Shown here one piece after another: positions 23,100 through 30,969 of a stretch of 37,179 nucleotides of DNA. Source of the DNA: a virus; the IMG/VR virus record IMGVR_UViG_3300009100_000009. One strand, 5' to 3'. The translations under genes were made by a program, and so were the position numbers. The number at the start of each line of letters is the position of its first letter. Positions within the stretch are counted from its first letter, which is position 1. The notes beneath the pieces were generated by a model, which worked only from the letters and a program-made list of their open reading frames with translations, had not been told where the DNA came from and made no database searches.

Positions 23100-23948
23100 A
23101 TGCCCGTCGCAGGGTTCCGGCGGGTGACGAGCGGCTCGCCCTGCGCGTTCTGTTCGATGCTGGCCAGCCGGGGCGCCGTCTACTCGCGTCGCGGCGCTGA
23201 CTTCCAAGCGCACGACGGATGCTCGTGCTCACCGGAACCGGTATGGGAGCACGAACAGGAGCCACCCGAGGTCGTCGAGTTGCAGCGTCAGTGGCGCGAG
23301 GTGACCGCCGGCAAGTCCGGCAAGGACGCGCTTCGCGCCTGGCGTCGGCACGTCGAGTCGGGCGGGCTCGCTCGGCCACCGACCGCCGTTCCGCTTACCC
23401 CTGCGACCGGCGTTGATGCGCTGGCGGCCGCGCCACGGAGCCTGATGCGCCCCGAGTCGTTGTCATCGGAGGAGTTCAGTTTCCTGCGACAGTACAAGGG
23501 GACGGCGTTTGTCAATATCAATGAGGCATTGCGACGCGTGCGTGGCGACCTGCCACGCACGTTCGGATTTGAGTTCCATCGCGAACTTACCGGCGAGATC
23601 GACAAGGTGATGCGTCGCTCGCGTCTCACGTCCGACGTGCGGGTGAAGCGCGGCATCAAGGATGGCCGGAAGGTCTTCGGCGCACGCTGGGATGGGTCGC
23701 TGGTCGGCGCCGAGTGGACAGAGCACAGCTACCTGTCTACTTCGGCGGATGGTCAGATAGCCGAGACGTTCGGGGGCCCGGATGGCGCTGTGCTGGACAT
23801 CCTGCTACCCCGGGGCACCGGGGCGATCGAGCTGTCCGACTCCCGGTACGAGGCTGAACTGTTGGCTCAGCGCGGGTTACGGTTACGGGTAGTGGCGGAC
23901 ACAGGCCCCGGTCCGGGCCGAGTGATAGAAGTGGAGGCCATCCGGTGA
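23100..23948 (+). CDS. MuF C-terminal motif fused to an ADP-ribosyltransferase (R-S-E type) domain
   Basis: SPCAFCSMLASRGAVYS...FQAHDGCSCSPEP (MuF). FLRQYKGTAFVNINEALRR, VRVKRG, SYLSTS and RYEAELLAQRG (ART Arg, STS and ExE motifs). Confidence 0.75.
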   Translation: MPVAGFRRVTSGSPCAFCSMLASRGAVYSRRGADFQAHDGCSCSPEPVWEHEQEPPEVVELQRQWREVTAGKSGKDALRAWRRHVESGGLARPPTAVPLTPATGVDALAAAPRSLMRPESLSSEEFSFLRQYKGTAFVNINEALRRVRGDLPRTFGFEFHRELTGEIDKVMRRSRLTSDVRVKRGIKDGRKVFGARWDGSLVGAEWTEHSYLSTSADGQIAETFGGPDGAVLDILLPRGTGAIELSDSRYEAELLAQRGLRLRVVADTGPGPGRVIEVEAIR

Positions 23949-24079
23949 CACAGGCGGACCGCGGGCGCGCACGCGATCGCATGACGATGGATTACCCGAT
24001 AGAGCTCGATCGGGAACCGGAAGAGTCCACACTGGACGATGAAGAGGACTCCGGCGAGAACGAGTCGGAGGAACAGTAA
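23945..24079 (+). CDS. Tiny very acidic ORF (44 aa)
   Basis: GTGA overlap with the ART gene stop. ...IELDREPEESTLDDEEDSGENESEEQ. Below the ORF-track cutoff. Confidence 0.3.
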   Translation: MTQADRGRARDRMTMDYPIELDREPEESTLDDEEDSGENESEEQ

Positions 24080-24116
24080 CGGTCCACATAGGACCGGTAA
24101 CGGAGAGGATCCGGAA

Positions 24117-24755
24117 ATGGCAGAGGACACCACCGGTACCGACAACAAAGGCACCGGGACCACCGCGACGTTCAGCCAGGCCGACGTGGATCGCATCGTG
24201 CGGGAGCGACTGGCACGCGAGCGGGAGAAGTTCAGCGACTACGACGATCTCAAGGCGAGAGCTGCCGAGGGCGACAAGAACAAAACGGCACTTGAGAGGG
24301 TGCTGGAGAAGGTATCCGGCCTGGAGGAGCGGGCCACGAAGGCCGAGCGCGCCGCTCTGCGCTCCGAGGTGGCGACCGCAAAGAAGCTGCCGGCCTGGAT
24401 GGCGAAGCGCCTGACCGGCGATACGCGGGAAGCACTGGAGTCGGACGCGGACGAAATGCTCGCTGCGCTCAAGGCCGAGGCCGGCGCGAGCAAGGGCACC
24501 GAGGGTGACGGCGACAAGGCCGGGGAGGGTAAGGGCACCGAAGACGACAAGGGCGCCGGGGGTACCGGAGGCAAGGGCACCGGGGAAGATAAGGGCACCG
24601 AAGGCGACAAGGGCAAGGGCGCCGGGGACGGGCGCAAGTCGTTGCCGCCGTCCGGGCGCCCCACGGAGCGGCTCACCAGCGGTGCCGCGCCGAGCACGAC
24701 GGGGGACAAAACCCCGGCACAGATGGCTGAGGAGATCCTCAAGTCCGGTTTCTGA
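24117..24755 (+). CDS. Scaffolding protein
   Basis: RBS ggagagga then ATG 24117. FSQADVDRIVRERLAREREKFSDYDDLK is the classic actinophage scaffold N-terminus. KGTEGD-type low-complexity repeats. Immediately upstream of the capsid gene. Confidence 0.8.
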   Translation: MAEDTTGTDNKGTGTTATFSQADVDRIVRERLAREREKFSDYDDLKARAAEGDKNKTALERVLEKVSGLEERATKAERAALRSEVATAKKLPAWMAKRLTGDTREALESDADEMLAALKAEAGASKGTEGDGDKAGEGKGTEDDKGAGGTGGKGTGEDKGTEGDKGKGAGDGRKSLPPSGRPTERLTSGAAPSTTGDKTPAQMAEEILKSGF

Positions 24756-24806
24756 CCTGCGATGGTGATAGCCATCGCCAACCAGTCCACAAGGGAGTAG
24801 ACAGCG

Positions 24807-25688
24807 ATGGCTGTTCTTACCGCGCAAGGCATTTCGGCGCTTGCGATCGAACTGCTCACGCGTACGCTCGTGCTGCCGATGACCGTGTCCCGTATCTCGG
24901 GCGCGGAGTTCGCCGGCAGCAACGGCGACACGATCACTGTCCGGGTGCCGCAGCCGTCTTCTGCGCGCGTGCAGGCGACGCCCGGCGCGACCATCACCTA
25001 CGACGACGTTGACGAGGTGCCGGTGAACGTCACGATGACGCACCTGTACCACGCGAAGCTCGTCTCTGACGAAGAGCTGTCGATGTCCCTTGAGGACTTC
25101 GGCCGGCAGATCACCCGGGTCCAGGTCGCCGCGGTCGCAACCGAGGCGGAAGACCTGCTCGGCACCGCCATGAACGACCTCGACGCGGACGGCACCATCG
25201 ACGCGGACGGCGGCAACATCGAGGCCATCATCCTGGAGGCGCGTGAGACGCTGGGACGTAACGACGTTCCGGCCGACAACCGGTTTTTGGCCGTGTCGCC
25301 GGAGGTCGCCACGTTCGTTCTCGGGCTGCCCAACCTGTCTGACGTGGATAAGGCCGGCAACGCGTCCGCGCTGCGCGACGCCGTTATCGGTCGGTACCGC
25401 GGTTTCACCGTGGTCGAGTCCAACGGCCTGACCGCCGGCCGGGCAGTGGCGTACCACCGTTCCGGGTTCGCGTTCGCCAACCGCGTTCCGGTGGTGCCCC
25501 GTGGCGTGGTCAGCTCGGCGACCGCCGAGGCCGGCGGCATCAGTCTGCGGCAGATCTTCCAATACGTACCGGACAAGTTGTCGGACGCTACGGTCGTGAG
25601 TACGTTCAGTGGCGCCGCCGCGGTGCCGGACGACGATTCCGGCCTGACGTTCCCGCGCATCTTCGTGATGGACACGGCGGCAAGCTAA
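24807..25688 (+). CDS. Major capsid protein
   Basis: 293 aa after the scaffold gene, RBS aagggag. Typical size and position. Confidence 0.8.
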   Translation: MAVLTAQGISALAIELLTRTLVLPMTVSRISGAEFAGSNGDTITVRVPQPSSARVQATPGATITYDDVDEVPVNVTMTHLYHAKLVSDEELSMSLEDFGRQITRVQVAAVATEAEDLLGTAMNDLDADGTIDADGGNIEAIILEARETLGRNDVPADNRFLAVSPEVATFVLGLPNLSDVDKAGNASALRDAVIGRYRGFTVVESNGLTAGRAVAYHRSGFAFANRVPVVPRGVVSSATAEAGGISLRQIFQYVPDKLSDATVVSTFSGAAAVPDDDSGLTFPRIFVMDTAAS

Positions 25689-26113
25689 TGCCGGACCTCG
25701 CGCCACTGTCCACAGTGGTCAAGCTCGGTATCCGTCTCGGCTACCCGGAGGGGGTCTTCCCTACCGATGCCGAGACGGACCGGGCCGAGGCGGCACTGGT
25801 CGACGCGTCCGATCTGATCCGCGACATCGGCGATCCCGACTGGACCGCCGCAACGGTCCCCTCGCGGGTCGAAAAGATCTGCCTCGCTTCCGCGAAACGG
25901 GCCTTCGAGAACGCCGAAGGTCTGACCCAGCGGTCGATCGGGGACTCTGCGCGATCATATGATCGGTCGCGGCGGGAGGGTGGCGAGGTCGTCTACCTGA
26001 CCGATGGGGAGCAGCGCGTGGTGCGCCGCGCGGCAGCTGCCAGCTCGTTTGTCGCCGTGACGCTCGTCTCGCCCTACTCGGGCGACGACACGGAGAGCGT
26101 GCTCGGCTCGTGA
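25688..26113 (+). CDS. Head-tail connector/adaptor (gp6-like)
   Basis: TAATG overlap with the capsid stop. Call rests on size and position. Confidence 0.5.
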   Translation: MPDLAPLSTVVKLGIRLGYPEGVFPTDAETDRAEAALVDASDLIRDIGDPDWTAATVPSRVEKICLASAKRAFENAEGLTQRSIGDSARSYDRSRREGGEVVYLTDGEQRVVRRAAAASSFVAVTLVSPYSGDDTESVLGS

Positions 26114-26451
26114 TCGGGGCGCATGAACTCAACAGGACGTTGGCCGTGTGGCGCCCGGTCACGGACGACGACGGGGCTGGTGGCCAGACGGTCACCATGA
26201 CGGACATCGGCGATGTGCGCGCCCGGGTGTCGCAACCCTCCGCTGCCGAGCGGGTGGCTGCGATGCAGGCCGGCGCCGAGCTGTTGATGCCGGTCTACCT
26301 CGCCCCGGACGCGGACGTGAGCCGCGGTGACGAGCTGCGCGGCGATGGCGAGGTGTACCGGGTCAAGGCGACCGTTCGGCCGTCCGAGGTCGAGTACCTA
26401 CGGGCGGACTGCGAGCTTGTCCAGGTCGAGCCGGAGAGCGAGGGCACGTGA
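26110..26451 (+). CDS. Head closure / head-tail joining protein
   Basis: LNRTLAVWRPVTDDDGAGGQTVTMTDIGDVRARVSQPSAAE...GEVYRVKATVRP resembles the Phage_H_T_join pattern. Confidence 0.65.
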   Translation: MIGAHELNRTLAVWRPVTDDDGAGGQTVTMTDIGDVRARVSQPSAAERVAAMQAGAELLMPVYLAPDADVSRGDELRGDGEVYRVKATVRPSEVEYLRADCELVQVEPESEGT

Positions 26452-26600
26452 TCACAATCGTCGTCTCCGCGACGGTGGTTACGGATGATCCCGGGCATGC
26501 CGCCCGCGCCGCTGAGGTACTGGCCAGGGCTGCTGCCGGCCTGGTGCTGGAGGGAATCACGGTAAGCGTGTCGATGGCCGTACCGGATGAGGACACGTGA
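26448..26600 (+). CDS. Small hypothetical protein (50 aa)
   Basis: GTGA overlaps at both ends. High GC3. Below the ORF-track cutoff. Confidence 0.35.
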   Translation: MITIVVSATVVTDDPGHAARAAEVLARAAAGLVLEGITVSVSMAVPDEDT

Positions 26601-27526
26601 TCAGGGCGGTCGTACTGGGTGCGCCCGACCTGGGCGGTCCGGCGATGGAGTGCTGGCACGATGACGTGGTCGACGGCGCGCGGGCGCTCGGATGGAGCGT
26701 CGAGTACCTACGGGTGCGTGGCGCACCGGTCGATGACATCGTGCGCGCCAGCAAGGGCGCCGATCTGCTGCTCTGGTTGCGAACGGTGTCCCACAACCCG
26801 CGGGGCGACGGGCACGCGATGCTGCGGCGCATCGTGGATGCCGGCACGGCCACCGTGGGCATCCACATGGATCTCTACTGGGGGATCCGGATGCGCGAGC
26901 AGCGCATCGGCGCCGAGGCGTGGTGGTCCGCTCAACACGTGTACACCGCCGACGGCGGGCCGCGGGACTGGGCCGGTCGGGGAGTCAACCACAGATGGTG
27001 TCCACCCGCCTTCGGCACCCGGTACCTGGGCCACGGCCGGCGTGATCCGACGGTCACCGCGCGAGCGGCATTCGTGGGCTCGTACGCGCCGCGGCTGCAC
27101 GGCTCGCACCGGGCGCACCTGATCGCGTGGGGCCGGCGCCAATGGCCGGGCGCCTTCCTGCACGTCGGCGACAGCCGGCGCACCCGGCTGTATCACCGCA
27201 AGCTCAACGATCTGTTCGCGTCGATCGATGTCGTGCTGGGGGATTCAGCGCCGGCCGAGCGCTACTGGTCCGACCGGGTGCCGCGCACGCTCGGACGTGG
27301 CGGGTTGCTCGCCTACCCACGCACGGATGGTCTGGCCGAGCAGGGCTTCACCGATGACGCGATGCTGCTCTACGACCGGGGTCGGTTCGATCAGATTGCT
27401 GAGCGGCTGCACGCGTTATCCCCGGTTGGCCGGCGGATGATGACCGCCAACGCCATCCAGGTCGTTCGCGAGCGGCACACCTGGCCGGTACGGCTGGCTA
27501 CGATCGCATCCGAGGTGCTGCCATGA
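26597..27526 (+). CDS. Glycosyltransferase, CgeB / Glyco_trans_1_2-like
   Basis: C-terminal DVVLGDS...SDRVPRTLGRGGLLAY...LYDRGRFDQIAERL...VVRERHTWPVRL matches the GT-B C-terminal half of the CgeB-like family. Confidence 0.65.
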   Translation: MIRAVVLGAPDLGGPAMECWHDDVVDGARALGWSVEYLRVRGAPVDDIVRASKGADLLLWLRTVSHNPRGDGHAMLRRIVDAGTATVGIHMDLYWGIRMREQRIGAEAWWSAQHVYTADGGPRDWAGRGVNHRWCPPAFGTRYLGHGRRDPTVTARAAFVGSYAPRLHGSHRAHLIAWGRRQWPGAFLHVGDSRRTRLYHRKLNDLFASIDVVLGDSAPAERYWSDRVPRTLGRGGLLAYPRTDGLAEQGFTDDAMLLYDRGRFDQIAERLHALSPVGRRMMTANAIQVVRERHTWPVRLATIASEVLP

Positions 27527-28788
27527 CGTGGACGATCCTCATACCGACGCTCGGGCAGCGCAACCAGATGCTCTCCCGTCTGCTGACCACGTTGCTACCG
27601 CAGGTCGAGCTGTACCGCGGCGCGGTGCGAGTGCTGGCGTACTACAACAATGGCTCTCCGTCGCTGGCCCACATCCGCCAGACGCTGGTCGAGGCGGTCC
27701 GCACCCCGTATATGTCCTTTGTGGACGATGATGACATGGTGCCCGATTACTTCGTCGACGAGACGATGGCCGCGCTGGCCAGCGAGCCGGACTACGTTGG
27801 CTGGCAGACCCAGTATTACGCCGATGGCGTCAGGCGCGAGCCGCTGATCGACCAGAGCCTGCGGCACGAGCGCTGGTATGAGGACCGCCGGACCGGCGCT
27901 CTGTACCGCGACATCACACACATCAATCCCATGCGTACGTCCATTGCGCGCCTGGCGGACTTTCGGCGGGTGCGACCGGGCCGGGCCGAGGATCGGGCGT
28001 GGGTCGCGCAGCTACGCGGCAAGCTGCGTACCGAGGTCTACATAGACAAGATCATGTATCACTACTTCTGGACGTCCGCGGGTACCTCGTGGCAGCGTCC
28101 GGAACGCATTCAGCCCGGTCCGAGGCTGGAGGTCGATCACCCGCATTTCACCTACTACGGAGAGGACCGCGAGGTGCCTGGTATCGACTTGCCCGCGTCG
28201 CTCGATGCCCTCGCGGCCAATCTGCACGTACAGAGCGGCATGCTCAAGCTGCACTCGGACCTCGCGCGGTACGCGGCCATCATCGAGGCCACCAAGCCTG
28301 AGGTGATCGTCGAGACGGGAACGCTGACCGGCGCGTCGGCGTTGTGGTTCGCCAGCCACGGACTCGACGTCATCACGGTGGACGTTGACCCACAAATGCC
28401 CGACTGGGCCCAGCACGACCGGATCACCTATGTGGTTGGCGACTCGGCGGATCCGGCGGTCGCCCGCTACGTCCGCGAGCTGGTCGCCGGTCGGCGCTGC
28501 ATGGTCTCGCTCGACTCGGATCACAGCGCGGCGCACGTCACCCGGGAGATCGAGCTGTACGGGCCGCTGGTCTCGCCCGGGTGCTACCTGGTGGTCGAGG
28601 ACGGCATCCTGGGCCACGCACCACCCTCGCTGCTGGCGCAGCACGGGCTCCGCGGGATGGTCGGCTCGCCGCTGGACGCCATCGCGGCGCGGCTGGCCGG
28701 CGCCACGGGCTGGACGCGCGACCTGGACATCGAGCAGGCCAACCCGGTCACGCACCACGTTGCCGGGTGGTGGCGCCGTGACGGATGA
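27523..28788 (+). CDS. Bifunctional GT-A (family 2-like) glycosyltransferase / CmcI-type SAM methyltransferase
   Basis: N-terminus WTILIPTLGQRNQ...SFVDDDDMVP (DxD). C-terminus PEVIVETGTLTGASALWFA...VITVDVD...VSLDSDHS...LVVEDG (CmcI/rhamnosyl O-methyltransferase-like). Confidence 0.7.
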   Translation: MTWTILIPTLGQRNQMLSRLLTTLLPQVELYRGAVRVLAYYNNGSPSLAHIRQTLVEAVRTPYMSFVDDDDMVPDYFVDETMAALASEPDYVGWQTQYYADGVRREPLIDQSLRHERWYEDRRTGALYRDITHINPMRTSIARLADFRRVRPGRAEDRAWVAQLRGKLRTEVYIDKIMYHYFWTSAGTSWQRPERIQPGPRLEVDHPHFTYYGEDREVPGIDLPASLDALAANLHVQSGMLKLHSDLARYAAIIEATKPEVIVETGTLTGASALWFASHGLDVITVDVDPQMPDWAQHDRITYVVGDSADPAVARYVRELVAGRRCMVSLDSDHSAAHVTREIELYGPLVSPGCYLVVEDGILGHAPPSLLAQHGLRGMVGSPLDAIAARLAGATGWTRDLDIEQANPVTHHVAGWWRRDG

Positions 28789-29482
28789 GCTCGTCGTTAT
28801 CACGCCGTCCCGCGGGCGCCCGCGCCAGCTCGTCGAGATGATCCAGGCAGTGACCGAGACCACGTACGGGCACGTGCGGGTGCTGCCCTGCCTCGACGAC
28901 GACGATCCCGAGCTGGCCGAGTACCGGCGAATCCTGCCGCTGTCGCCACGGCTGGTCGGTCCGCGCAAGACGCTGGTCGGCTGGACCAACCACGCCGCGC
29001 GGGTGTTGCTCGACCAGCGCGACCCGCCGCGGTACCTGGCGTCGCTGGGCGACGATCATCGGCCACGTACGGCGCACTGGGACCAGATATTGATCAGTTC
29101 GCTCGATGGTCGGCCGGGCATCGCGTACGGGGACGACCTGTACCAGCACGAGCGGGTGCCCACGGCGTGGGTCGTGTCGGCCGAGATCGTGCGGGCGGTC
29201 GGCTGGATGATGCTGCCCACCTGCGAACACCTGTACGTGGACAACGCCGTGCGCGACCTGGGCTTGACGGCCGGGTGCCTGGTGTACCGGCCGGACGTGG
29301 TGATCGAGCACATGCACCCGGTGGCCGGCAAGGGCGAGTGGGACGCCAGCTACCGCGACAGCAACGGGTCGCGCTTGAAAGCTCGCGACCGTGACGCGTA
29401 CCGACGGTGGGTCCGGAGTGGGTTGGACAGCGACGCGGCCAAGATCCGCGCGTTACGAGAGGGAGCAGGCCAGCGTGTCTGA
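28778..29482 (+). CDS. GT-A-fold glycosyltransferase
   Basis: GTG 28778. LVVITPSRGRPRQL...LDDDD...LGDDHRPRT resembles the nucleotide-sugar binding core of GT2-like enzymes. Confidence 0.55.
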   Translation: MTDELVVITPSRGRPRQLVEMIQAVTETTYGHVRVLPCLDDDDPELAEYRRILPLSPRLVGPRKTLVGWTNHAARVLLDQRDPPRYLASLGDDHRPRTAHWDQILISSLDGRPGIAYGDDLYQHERVPTAWVVSAEIVRAVGWMMLPTCEHLYVDNAVRDLGLTAGCLVYRPDVVIEHMHPVAGKGEWDASYRDSNGSRLKARDRDAYRRWVRSGLDSDAAKIRALREGAGQRV

Positions 29483-29786
29483 GATCATGATCGCGGTACG
29501 GCAGGGGCACATCCGTATCGACGGGCGCCGGTACATCGTCCGGCGCGGCGTTACCACGGCGCACCGGGATCACCCGGTCGTGCGCGACCACCCGAATCTC
29601 TGGGAGCCGATCAAGATCGACTACCCGATGCCGGATGGTGCCGGCTCTGTGGGCGCCCCGTCCGGTGAGCCGGACAACGCCGTGGTCCGCGCGTGGGCCA
29701 CGGGGGCGGGTATTCCGGTCGCGCCCTACGGCAAGGTGCCCTCTGCTGTGATCGAGGCCTACCGTGCCGCCCACGCAGCCCCCTGA
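29475..29786 (+). CDS. Protein with an Lsr2-type C-terminal DNA-binding domain
   Basis: NAVVRAWATGAGIPVAPYGKVPSAVIEAYRAAH aligns by eye with the Lsr2 C-terminal domain ([29 protein letters not shown], from memory). Start is GTG 29475 or ATG 29487. Confidence 0.6.
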   Translation: MSEIMIAVRQGHIRIDGRRYIVRRGVTTAHRDHPVVRDHPNLWEPIKIDYPMPDGAGSVGAPSGEPDNAVVRAWATGAGIPVAPYGKVPSAVIEAYRAAHAAP

Positions 29787-29817
29787 GGGGCCGTCTGCGC
29801 CGTTGACCCCCCGGCGC

Positions 29818-29934
29818 ATGGCGCGCCATCATGCCGCGCTCGATGACACGCCCAGAGCCGTCGTGTGGGCGCTGGTGGCCATCGCTGACGAGCTGGCCGA
29901 GATACGCCAGGCGCTGAAGCGGGCGCCGCGCTGA
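29818..29934 (+). CDS. Small hypothetical protein (38 aa; possibly from GTG 29764)
   Basis: TGATG overlap with the downstream gene. MARHHAALDDTPRAVVWALVAIADELAEIRQALK. Confidence 0.3.
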   Translation: MARHHAALDDTPRAVVWALVAIADELAEIRQALKRAPR

Positions 29935-30170
29935 TGTCGAGCTGTCACTACTGCGGCCGAGCGGACCGCGAGATGCGTCCCTACGGCCCCGGGGGCGCCA
30001 CGGTGTGCCATCCGTGCGCGACCGAGACGCCGGAGCGTCAGGTGGCCGCGGAGGGCGCGTACGGGGCACTGCTCGCCGCGGCCGGCGCCGTCAGCCCGGT
30101 CAACACAGTCGTGATCGGTCGACAGTCTGGACCCCAGCCGTACGTCCCCCGTGATGAGGAGTCGCGCTGA
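29934..30170 (+). CDS. Zinc-ribbon hypothetical protein
   Basis: CHYCG...VCHPC. Confidence 0.5.
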   Translation: MSSCHYCGRADREMRPYGPGGATVCHPCATETPERQVAAEGAYGALLAAAGAVSPVNTVVIGRQSGPQPYVPRDEESR

Positions 30171-30544
30171 TGCCGCGCCGGAGCAAGGTCATCATTGAGG
30201 GGCTCGAAGGTCTGGAGCGCAAGCTCGACGAGCTGTCCGCCGCGGTCGCGCGGGGCGAGCGGCGAGCGGTCCGCGATGAGGTCGACGAGCTCGCCGACGA
30301 CATGCGCCGCGGTGCGCCGCGGGACACGGGCGCGCTGATCGAATCCATCCAAGGGGAGGTCAGCGCGAGCGGCCTATCCGGTACCGTCGCGGCAACCGCG
30401 CGGCACGCGCCGTTCGTTGAGCATGGCACCTCGGACACCGCGGCTCAGCCGTACGCGATGCCGGCCGCCGAGCGTGCGCGAGTGCGGTTCGTTGCGCGCG
30501 TCAAGCGCGAGATCATCGCCGAATTGAAAGGCCTCACGAAGTGA
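30170..30544 (+). CDS. HK97 gp10-family head-tail connector
   Basis: GAPRDTGALIESIQGEV...ARHAPFVEHGTSDTAAQPYAMPA is the gp10-family signature. Confidence 0.75.
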   Translation: MPRRSKVIIEGLEGLERKLDELSAAVARGERRAVRDEVDELADDMRRGAPRDTGALIESIQGEVSASGLSGTVAATARHAPFVEHGTSDTAAQPYAMPAAERARVRFVARVKREIIAELKGLTK

Positions 30545-30966
30545 TCTCCAGCTCGCCGGTCCACCCGGTCCAGGTCGGGATCTACGACCTGCTCTCCGGC
30601 GACGCGACCCTGACAGCGCTGGGTGTCGAGGGGGTCTACGACCAGGTGCCCGAGAGCGCCCCGATGGACTACATCAGGATCGGGGACCACCTGTCCATCC
30701 CGGACAACGCACACGGCCGGTTCGGGCGGGAGATCACCTCGACCATCCACGTGTGGACCCGTGCCCGGGGCAACGCGAACGGTCAGGCCATCGCCGCGCG
30801 GATCATCGCGCTGCTCGACCACCAGCACGGGGACCTGAGCGCACTGGTGGACGGGCACCGAATCGTGTCTATACGGCTTGAGTTCGATCAGGCATTGACG
30901 GATCCCAATCCGGAGATTCGTCATCACGTGCTGCGGTTCCGCATCATCACGGACCAGGAGGAGTAG
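30541..30966 (+). CDS. Tail terminator / tail completion protein (DUF3168-like)
   Basis: GTGA overlap. IYDLLSGDATLTAL...VYDQVPE...ITSTIHVWT pattern, and its position before the major tail gene. Confidence 0.65.
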   Translation: MISSSPVHPVQVGIYDLLSGDATLTALGVEGVYDQVPESAPMDYIRIGDHLSIPDNAHGRFGREITSTIHVWTRARGNANGQAIAARIIALLDHQHGDLSALVDGHRIVSIRLEFDQALTDPNPEIRHHVLRFRIITDQEE

Positions 30967-30969
30967 AGC

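Noticed and set aside
24480-24640. Repetitive DNA (aagggcaccgaaggcgacaagggc-like units), considered as a tandem-repeat or CRISPR-like array
   Set aside because: The repeats are in frame within the scaffolding protein and encode a KGTEGD-type low-complexity acidic/Gly segment. There are no spacers or array structure.
23883-25706. 607-aa ORF on the minus strand
   Set aside because: It is antisense to the scaffold and major capsid genes, has a low-complexity Arg/Gly/His-rich translation, and has no RBS or start context. It is a shadow ORF.
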